Shown here one piece after another: positions 56,437-64,000 of a stretch of DNA of 64,000 nucleotides (the stretch's first letter is position 1; every line of letters starts with the position of its first letter). The stretch comes from a virus. The position numbers and the translations under genes were made by a program. Under the pieces are notes generated by a model. It made no database searches and was not told the DNA's origin. It saw nothing but the letters and a program-made list of their open reading frames with translations. Location: IMG/VR virus record IMGVR_UViG_3300013093_000020; one strand, written 5' to 3'.

Positions 56437-57365
56437 AACTGTACGCCTTTTGGTGGAGCTGTTGATGGATCCACTTCTTGTGTTAAAAATTTATAAACTT
56501 TTCCGTTTTTGTTATTGTACAGAAACAGATCTTCTTCACCTTCAACAATAGTGTAATCACCAATACCATTGCTCAATGCTAAGTCGTTTGTGTAGACTGT
56601 GCCCCAACGCAAACTTGATGTTCCTAGACTTTGTCCGCCTGAACTGTTTGGCACAGGAGCTGATGCCCATTGTCCACTGCTGTTGATTGAAAATGCGCTT
56701 GAATTTCCAACTACTAAACTAGTCAAAGTACCTAGACTAGTAATATTAGGTTGCGATGCAGTTTGTATAGTTCCAGTTAATGGTCCACTTAAACTTGTTG
56801 CCGACAATGCTTGGAAACTCGAACTGCCTGCACTTACTGTCATACCGCTAGTAAAAGTAACAGTACTACTTGCTCCCAAGGTTGTAAAAGATCCAGTAGA
56901 TCCACTAATGGCCATGTTGCTAATAGATCCGGCAGTTGCTGGGCTGATTGTTACAGTGCCAGTTCCTGATGGACTAATAGTAACTGTGGCATTTGCCGGA
57001 CTCAATGTAACAGTACTCGTTGCTGAAATAGTAGTTGCGGCTAGTGCGCCGCCATCTTCATTCAGAATAATGTAGTTTGTACCGTCACTTACTATTGTAA
57101 TAGTAGTACCTGTTGGGAATGTTTGAGTGGAGGTGCCACTAGATGCACCTCCAGCAAATACTCCACTCGGTGTACTAAGTGTTAGTGTACCGGTACTTAC
57201 ATTATAATAAGTCTGTGTCTGGCCAGGATACAATGTTGGGTTTGGCAATGTAACAGTATAAGGAGCGGTGCCGGTTAATTCGGTAAATGCTCCCGAGTTT
57301 GGTGTACTAATATTTGTAGTAGTACTTACACTGGTAGATGCCAAGGATGTATTGTAACGAGCCAT
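56433..57365 (-). CDS. Fibre protein, paralog of 50606..51655 with a different C-terminal module
   Basis: Shared ~105-aa MARYN...IILNEDGG domain; LGTSSLRWGTVYTNDLALSN...YTIVEGEEDLFLYNNKNGKVYKF C-terminus; TAAATA at 57385-57390. Confidence 0.8.
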   Translation of the reverse strand: MARYNTSLASTSVSTTTNISTPNSGAFTELTGTAPYTVTLPNPTLYPGQTQTYYNVSTGTLTLSTPSGVFAGGASSGTSTQTFPTGTTITIVSDGTNYIILNEDGGALAATTISATSTVTLSPANATVTISPSGTGTVTISPATAGSISNMAISGSTGSFTTLGASSTVTFTSGMTVSAGSSSFQALSATSLSGPLTGTIQTASQPNITSLGTLTSLVVGNSSAFSINSSGQWASAPVPNSSGGQSLGTSSLRWGTVYTNDLALSNGIGDYTIVEGEEDLFLYNNKNGKVYKFLTQEVDPSTAPPKGVQF

Positions 57366-57399
57366 ATTATTTTCCTATTTTTAATATTTATCTATTATA

Positions 57400-57735
57400 T
57401 TAGGATGTACTTGTTTCAATACCGTAAACAGTAACGTTAACGCCGGTGTTTGATACCCATACCCAGACATAAGGACTTACGTTTGTGCTGTTAGCTGCAA
57501 CTAGTCCAGTACGCTCAAAGACACCGTTACCAATGATGGTAGTTCCATACTCAATAAATTCCTGAGTAGTCGGTGCGCTTGACGAGTTGCTGATAGCTAA
57601 TCTAACCGTAACCGCTGATGCGTTTGTGTTTGTAAAACTGACGTTAAACACTGAATAGTTATTAGCCGGAACGGTATAAACTAAAGTGTTTGTTGATGCT
57701 GAAGGCGCTGTGTTGCCTAATCTTCCTGTTGCCAT
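57400..57735 (-). CDS. Small beta-rich structural protein
   Basis: MATGRLG..VYTVP..N.....VRLAI..IEY..ERTGLV..V.VYGIE; GGAG SD. Confidence 0.75.
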   Translation of the reverse strand: MATGRLGNTAPSASTNTLVYTVPANNYSVFNVSFTNTNASAVTVRLAISNSSSAPTTQEFIEYGTTIIGNGVFERTGLVAANSTNVSPYVWVWVSNTGVNVTVYGIETSTS

Positions 57736-57750
57736 GTTATATAATCTCCA

Positions 57751-60700
57751 TTATCTTTGGAAGAAGAACTGTAATGCCACTGGAGCGCCGTCTATGCCGC
57801 CAGTAAAGTTCATCTTTGCTTTTACAATAATACCAGTACCTTGTATGGTGCTAGTAATTGTGTTTCCTGATACATTTATCGAACCCGATGTTAACGAGTT
57901 AACATTTAATGAGCTCTGACCACCACCAATCTGTGATGTTATGTAACTTCTAATTGCTCGTTGTGTAGGTAATATGTTGTCACTGTTAGCAGTAAAATAC
58001 GGATCTGTTGAGAACTGTGTAATAACTGCTGAACCTGTACCAACGCTTACTGAACCCAATTGCAATGATTGTAAACCTGATAAATTAAATGCGCTAGCAT
58101 TCAATGTTGCTGTACCTGTTGCCTGTTGAACTGCAAACAAGTTACCGACGTTGAAGTTACCGTCTTGGTCAGTACTTGTAAAGAACACACGACCACCATA
58201 ACTACTTAATGTTTGATTTGACTGTATTGCAGAAGCAATGTTTACATTAGGATAGTTTGTGGTTGTTTGATTTCCGGTACCAATGTACAAGAAGTCATGT
58301 CCAGTTAAACGAACCTGGCTATACTTCAGGCGTGTTGTAATTTGTGTTCCGTGTGCTGGAGCCAAATACACACTTAATGCAGGGTTAATCTGGAATGTTG
58401 CTGAATAATTACCTAAAGAACCTACTAAATTATTCACCTGTACTAGTTTGTAGTAACTGGTTGTACCTGTAATAGTAGCAAATGTGACGTTAGCACCCGC
58501 TGTTGGTGCAGAATACAATCCAGTTACATTAACAAAGTTACTTGCCTGATAAATGTCACTGTATCCGTCACCTGCTACTGTTGTTGTAGCAGTGGCATTA
58601 TTGGTACCTCTGTTGCTGAAACTTGGGTTACCAAGAACACCAGTACCTGTTCTAACACGAGTAGGTGCTGTAATAGTTTGGTTAGGATCAGTTATGGTAA
58701 TAATCGGACCTGTAGTGTATGTACCGCCAATACTTGTGGCAGCAGTTAGCGCAGTTCCAGCTGTTGCTGAACTTGTTGTTGATACTGCAAAACTATTGGT
58801 TGTTGCACTTAAACTGCCAGGTACAATATAGTAAATTGTATTAGCTGTTAAACCTGCAGCTGTAGCATTTTGGAATTCTACAGGTTGGCTTACATAAGCA
58901 TTTTCAACTTGATCAACAATTACAATACTTTGTGTAGTTGCATTTACAGTCAATGCTGATGTAGTACCAACTGATGTTGCTGATCCGCCTACAGATGTTG
59001 ATACTGTTAGTGTAGTTCCACTTGCAGAAACAACATAATAAATTGTACCAGCAGTTAAACTACCAACGTTACTTGCAAATGTAATTGGTTGGTTAGCTAC
59101 TACCCCACTAATTGATGCAGAAACTGTAATGTTATTACCGCTTGAACTATTTACAACCATAGTAACTGGAGCATAAGATGTTGTAATTGCACCTTTAGCG
59201 TATCCACTACCTGGTTCGATCATACGAATCTCACTTAGTGCATTGCTTACTACTTTGGTACGAGCCTGTGCTGTTGCGCCTGTGTGTGCGCTAGCAGCTA
59301 CAGTACCACTAGAGTTGCTGACAGCGACAAATAATGGGTTACCGTTGATGTTGCCAAATGTTGCACCTGCCCAGTTTGTCGAACTTCCTGGAGCAGTTCT
59401 AACAGTCCAGTTAATACCTTCTGGACTTGTAGCCCAAACAGTACCTTGTGCTATAGCTAGGAATAATCCTTGACCATATGTAATCTTAGTCCATGTGTTG
59501 CTTGAGCTTAGGATACTTGTCGATGCACCTGAAGCACTTGGTGCTACAGTCCATGTTGTACCATAGTCTAAGCTATATGCAATCTGTCCTGCTGATCCCA
59601 TTGCAACAAAACGACCATTACCGTAAGTTATGCTTACAAATGTAGTATATGATCCGGCAATAGTTCCGCCTGCGGTCCATGTGCTACCGTTATAAACTGA
59701 TGTGACACCTGTTGATGCTAGTGCAACAAACACGCCTGCACCAAACGCAATGCCTACCCAGCTACCGCTACCTAATGTTCCTGGTGCTGTAGAACCCCAA
59801 GTACTACCATCAGTACTGGTAGTTCCGCTTGATGCACCACCGACTGCTACCCATAATGGTGTAGCTGTAATGACACCAAAAGCAATTGATGCAAAGTTGC
59901 TGGCAGGTAATGATGTTGCACTAGCTGTCCAAGAACTACCTAATCCAAGACCTGTAACAGTTTGGTATGCGGCATTAGTGCTTGCACCTGAAATTGCCAC
60001 AAATTTAGCATTTGTGTCAGTTATAGTTATCAACGGTGTTGTTGTATATCCGTAACCTGCTGTTGAAATTGCAATACTGCTTACGCCTGTGTTGGTTAAT
60101 GTAGGTGTACCAATTGCAGTTGTACCTACATAAGTTAGTGTTGCAGTACCGTTACTTTGTGAACCGCTGGTAAATGATGGGCCAGTTGTTGTAAATGTTC
60201 CGCCAACAGTGGCTTGGTACCAATTCTTAACCCCAGTTGTTACATAGTAGTAGTAGTTGTTTAATGTTGCTGTACCACTAGAAGTCCATGCACTACCAGT
60301 AAATGGATCTGCAATGGTTACTGTAGGATTACTTGAGTAGTTTCTACCCCATGTAGTCATTGTAATTGCTGTTACTACGCTAGTATTAGCTGTAACTGTA
60401 GGTGCGCTTGAATAGTTGCTGCCTGGAATTGTTACAGTAACTGATGTAATTGCACCGTTTAAAACTGCGCAAGTTGCTGTAGCGCCAGAGCCGCCGCCGC
60501 CACTAAACACAATGGTAGGAGTAGTAGTATATCCATATCCGCCAGCATTAATTGTAACGCTGACTACTTGACCTGCACTAGTACCAGTACCTAATACTGC
60601 TGTTAAGCTAGCTGATCCTCCACCTAAACCACCAACGGTTACTGTTGCAGCAGCACCTTGTCCACCACCATAAACAACATCAGTCCATGTTTGACTGCTT

Positions 60701-63700
60701 GGTAATGCACCAGCAGTTGTCCATGATTTTCCGTCTACTGAATATGCAGTGTTAGTTGAACCGCTTGCTACGGCAACATAGTTGTTGGATGCAAATGTCG
60801 CAGCTTTCCATGTTGCTGATGCTGGCAATGTTCTGCTAGTTGCAGCATATCCAGGAGCAGTATATGAAATACGAGGTTCAATAATGTATGTTGTAGTCAA
60901 GTTTAAAGATGATGCTATTGCTGTTCCAGGAACAACATGATCCCAACCTGCGGCATATAATGATACTGACTGTGCAGTAGTTGTTGTAATTGCTGTAGTT
61001 AGTGCTGCACCACCACTTGATGTTGCCACATTAAATGTCGTTGCACTAGCAATTGCCTGTACAAAATACACAGTGTTAACAGTTAGTCCGCCAACTGTGG
61101 AAGCCACATAGAATGGCATGTTAACATATAAAGTTGCTGTACTAGCCACTGTAACAGTTGATGGAGTACCTTGTGTAGTAGCAGTAATAGTCAAAGTAGT
61201 AAACGATTCTTTGCCAATCAGCGCAGATTTAGTACCGCTGTTATAGTTGTAAATGTAACCGTATTGTCCAACACCAGAACCAGCAGTTAACAATACTCTC
61301 ATTCCGGTGTATGTATTGCTTAAGCCTGTATCAGCTGCGGCAATTACAATGCTGTAATTATTGCTGTTACTACCTTGTGAAGTATTAGCGGCTGTGATAT
61401 ATCCAGCACCGCCATAACCGTTACCGTTGTTAAGGTCAATTAAACGAGTTTCATATACAGCAGCATCGCGATATTCGTCACCAATAGCAGTTGCATTAAA
61501 ACCACTGCCGTTAATCACATAGGCTGCATTTGAATATGCTGTACCAGCATTTGCATATTCTACACGATAAATTGCGTTTGCTGCATCTGTTACAGTGTTT
61601 GTAATATATGCTTGGTTAGCACGATTGTTTAAGTTAGCATAAAGTGGAGTTTCATATGTGTCAACACCTTCTGCAATAACACCGTATGTACCATATGAAC
61701 TATTACCGTTTGTAGCACGGATACGACCGCCTAGTTCTGCAAGGTAACCCGAGTATCCATAGTAGTTAAACACTGAAACTAGTTCAGTTAATGAGCCAGA
61801 TCCTGTACACCACACACCGATACCATCTGATAAAATTGTAGTAAAGTCGTTTTTAACCATTGACTTATTACCGCCTGCATGTAACGATGCATCAATCTTA
61901 GCACCAGTACATGCTGTACCAAACATAGTAACGTTTTGACTGTAGTGTGAGCGTGTATTCACCCATGCATTTGAGTCCCATGGTCCAAATCCTGGATCAA
62001 GTGATACAAACGCACCAGCTGTTGGGCGTTTTGTGCCATAGCTATTGGCTGCAGTTAATGTTCCTATTAGTCCATTTAAAGTACAATTTCTTAATCCAGA
62101 AGCGTTACGAACTAAGAACATGTTGCTTGTTTGTGAACCATTGATAGAATTGTATAACACTTGTGCATAGCGCAAGCTTCTATAATTACCGGTGTACTGC
62201 AAATCGTAAATAATACCATTTAAGAAATAACCAATATCACTTTGTGCAAATGCTACACTAAATGTATATACAACAGTCATTGCAGGACTTGCTACAGTTG
62301 TTATGGTAAACACGGTTCCATTAGTTGCTGTACCAGTAATACTGCCAGTCGCTGCCGACAATGTTATGCTTGACCCGCCTGCTGAAGTACTTAAAGTAAT
62401 TACTCCAGAACCATTAGTGCTTTGAGTGATAATGTTGGTAATGTAATATGTTGTACCAGATGTGATACCACCTAAACTACCGGTAAACACAACAGTTTGA
62501 CCAACTGCTAAGTTAGTTGTTGAATAGACTGTTACATAGTTTGTTGTTACTGCCGTTGCTGTTGCTGTTACAGCAAAAGTTGGACTTGTGCTAACTGTAA
62601 ACGATGTACTTGACGGCACTGTCATTACATAATAAGTTGTTCCAGAAACTAAATTGCCAACAATCGAAGTAGCAGTACCGGTCATTGTACCAGATGCAGT
62701 TATTAACTGGAACGCAGAACCTCCGCCTGTGTTGCTCACAGTAATATGTGTGCTGTCAGGTATAGTTGAAACATAATATGTAGTACCTGCTACAATATTA
62801 CCAAATGTTGTACCTGAAAACACAATTGGAGCTCCGGTAACTAGACCAGTTGTAGAGTTAACGGTAATTTGATTCGGTCTTGTACCGTCTGTTGACACCG
62901 TTGTTGCAGTAGCAGTGATTGTTATTGGACTAGCTGTAAATTGTACGCTGTCGCCAACTGTTAAATTGTGTGCTGCACTAGTATTAACTACATTACCTGA
63001 ACTAGCTAAACTACTTACAGTTCCACCAAAGTTAGCAGTTAACCATGCTGTAGATTCAGCTTTCAAGAACGGAATGTTAGCACGAATGATTTCAGCACCG
63101 TTAATAGTAGTTAAGGTATTATTATATGTTGTTTGCCCAGCAACTTGTGTAGTGTATCCGCTGATTGAACCACCATTTGACATAAAGTTATTAATATCGT
63201 CAACTAATGAGCTAGCTTGTGCAACTGCACCACTAGCCGCAATGGTCTTGGCTTTATAGGCTAAGAAGTTAATCATGCCTAGTTCAGCTGTTAGTTGGCT
63301 AGAAATAACTGTTTGAGCTGATGTATTTGTAAATCCAAATAGATAAGCATAGTATCTACGGTTGACAATTTGCGTAGCAAAGTTGCTGCCAAACACTAAG
63401 TCATAACTTAATGCATCAACAATATAGCCAATGTCTCGTTGGCAAGTTGCAACTACAAAATTTAGTGATTGATAGTACTTTTGTACCCATGCACTTCCGT
63501 CTAATTGAATCTGTGAGCGAGCTGCTTGTAAGTTTGTGAAGCTTGTTTGTAGTATAGCTGTTGATGAGCCTGTATACGGTGTAACTGTTGAAGGAGCTGC
63601 GCCAGTGTTAATCCATGTATTGATCACTGCTACGCAGGCTGTTGCAAATGTTCCTGCACCTGCACTACCAGCAGTACCTGTTGTTACTTGCGATTGTGCA

Positions 63701-64000
63701 TTACCGCTTTGGGCAGTAATAGCAGTTTTAGTTACAATGTTTGCAATTTCTGATTGTAAGAATGTCAAACTTGCAAGATATGCTGCTTTTGATGCTGATG
63801 AAATAGTTAAATTGTAGTATGAATAGTATGCGCTACCTGCAATAATACTTTGTGTATTACCACCATAGATCATATCATAAACCACAGCATCTAAAATAAA
63901 TCCAATTTGTGTTTGGAAGTTGGTTTGCCCTGATGATCCTAATCCTGTCCAAACACTTGAATAGTTGTTTTGGAAATATTGTGCAACATCGGCTTTGATA
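57751..64000 (-). CDS. Giant multidomain virion structural protein (>2080 aa, start outside the window)
   Basis: Frame stays open from 63885 to the window edge; CQRDIGYIVDA-type helical repeats, beta-helix-like segment, YG.G.FVA..S.DG..WT propeller-like repeats, GxGY...P.V repeats, RLTGHDFL and TSTDQDGNF motifs. Confidence 0.85.
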   Translation of the reverse strand, partial: IKADVAQYFQNNYSSVWTGLGSSGQTNFQTQIGFILDAVVYDMIYGGNTQSIIAGSAYYSYYNLTISSASKAAYLASLTFLQSEIANIVTKTAITAQSGNAQSQVTTGTAGSAGAGTFATACVAVINTWINTGAAPSTVTPYTGSSTAILQTSFTNLQAARSQIQLDGSAWVQKYYQSLNFVVATCQRDIGYIVDALSYDLVFGSNFATQIVNRRYYAYLFGFTNTSAQTVISSQLTAELGMINFLAYKAKTIAASGAVAQASSLVDDINNFMSNGGSISGYTTQVAGQTTYNNTLTTINGAEIIRANIPFLKAESTAWLTANFGGTVSSLASSGNVVNTSAAHNLTVGDSVQFTASPITITATATTVSTDGTRPNQITVNSTTGLVTGAPIVFSGTTFGNIVAGTTYYVSTIPDSTHITVSNTGGGSAFQLITASGTMTGTATSIVGNLVSGTTYYVMTVPSSTSFTVSTSPTFAVTATATAVTTNYVTVYSTTNLAVGQTVVFTGSLGGITSGTTYYITNIITQSTNGSGVITLSTSAGGSSITLSAATGSITGTATNGTVFTITTVASPAMTVVYTFSVAFAQSDIGYFLNGIIYDLQYTGNYRSLRYAQVLYNSINGSQTSNMFLVRNASGLRNCTLNGLIGTLTAANSYGTKRPTAGAFVSLDPGFGPWDSNAWVNTRSHYSQNVTMFGTACTGAKIDASLHAGGNKSMVKNDFTTILSDGIGVWCTGSGSLTELVSVFNYYGYSGYLAELGGRIRATNGNSSYGTYGVIAEGVDTYETPLYANLNNRANQAYITNTVTDAANAIYRVEYANAGTAYSNAAYVINGSGFNATAIGDEYRDAAVYETRLIDLNNGNGYGGAGYITAANTSQGSNSNNYSIVIAAADTGLSNTYTGMRVLLTAGSGVGQYGYIYNYNSGTKSALIGKESFTTLTITATTQGTPSTVTVASTATLYVNMPFYVASTVGGLTVNTVYFVQAIASATTFNVATSSGGAALTTAITTTTAQSVSLYAAGWDHVVPGTAIASSLNLTTTYIIEPRISYTAPGYAATSRTLPASATWKAATFASNNYVAVASGSTNTAYSVDGKSWTTAGALPSSQTWTDVVYGGGQGAAATVTVGGLGGGSASLTAVLGTGTSAGQVVSVTINAGGYGYTTTPTIVFSGGGGSGATATCAVLNGAITSVTVTIPGSNYSSAPTVTANTSVVTAITMTTWGRNYSSNPTVTIADPFTGSAWTSSGTATLNNYYYYVTTGVKNWYQATVGGTFTTTGPSFTSGSQSNGTATLTYVGTTAIGTPTLTNTGVSSIAISTAGYGYTTTPLITITDTNAKFVAISGASTNAAYQTVTGLGLGSSWTASATSLPASNFASIAFGVITATPLWVAVGGASSGTTSTDGSTWGSTAPGTLGSGSWVGIAFGAGVFVALASTGVTSVYNGSTWTAGGTIAGSYTTFVSITYGNGRFVAMGSAGQIAYSLDYGTTWTVAPSASGASTSILSSSNTWTKITYGQGLFLAIAQGTVWATSPEGINWTVRTAPGSSTNWAGATFGNINGNPLFVAVSNSSGTVAASAHTGATAQARTKVVSNALSEIRMIEPGSGYAKGAITTSYAPVTMVVNSSSGNNITVSASISGVVANQPITFASNVGSLTAGTIYYVVSASGTTLTVSTSVGGSATSVGTTSALTVNATTQSIVIVDQVENAYVSQPVEFQNATAAGLTANTIYYIVPGSLSATTNSFAVSTTSSATAGTALTAATSIGGTYTTGPIITITDPNQTITAPTRVRTGTGVLGNPSFSNRGTNNATATTTVAGDGYSDIYQASNFVNVTGLYSAPTAGANVTFATITGTTSYYKLVQVNNLVGSLGNYSATFQINPALSVYLAPAHGTQITTRLKYSQVRLTGHDFLYIGTGNQTTTNYPNVNIASAIQSNQTLSSYGGRVFFTSTDQDGNFNVGNLFAVQQATGTATLNASAFNLSGLQSLQLGSVSVGTGSAVITQFSTDPYFTANSDNILPTQRAIRSYITSQIGGGQSSLNVNSLTSGSINVSGNTITSTIQGTGIIVKAKMNFTGGIDGAPVALQFFFQR

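Noticed and set aside
6412-63817. Many + strand ORFs rich in Val/Pro/Ala/Leu antisense to large structural genes
   Set aside because: Shadow ORFs produced by Thr/Gly/Ser codon bias on the coding strand; no SD, promoters or motifs
1-64000. tRNA, rRNA, integrase or IS elements
   Set aside because: None recognised by eye; tRNAscan-SE or Infernal would be needed to exclude tRNAs formally

Overview
The window is a 64 kb fragment of a large T4-like (Tevenvirinae-style, myovirus) bacteriophage genome, standard genetic code, with both ends cutting genes. (1) 1-2.6 kb is a + strand early region: three perfect sigma70 promoters, an AAA+ ATPase and a gp88-like protein, closed by a structured non-coding RNA and a terminator. 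(2) 2.6-12.3 kb holds a non-coding repeat region, three proteins starting MRxxEI (HAD phosphatase, helical protein, alpha/beta hydrolase), a 3x30-bp mini-hairpin array and large virion/fibre proteins. (3) 12.3-27.7 kb is the replication/recombination module: gp41 helicase, carbamoyltransferase, gp61 primase, a 192-aa minimal DnaE-like polymerase, a gp62-like protein, UvsW, UvsY, UvsX and gp32. (4) 27.8-45 kb is the head/packaging/tail/neck module: gp17, a gp16-like protein, gp4, gp19, gp18, gp1, gp13, gp14, gp15 and a NUDIX hydrolase. (5) 45-64 kb has two parallel fibre/adhesin cassettes with 2OG-Fe(II) oxygenases and a tryptophan-halogenase-family enzyme, then a giant structural protein running off the right edge. 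The best candidate for a new system is a twin-loop RNA at 2441-2580. Its repeated loop CGAUUCGCUCCC is complementary to an unusual GGAGCG(A) ribosome-binding motif used by all three promoter-proximal early genes, whereas the replication and late genes checked are leaderless or use GGAGA/AGGA. All protein calls are by motif recognition and synteny; no database search was run.
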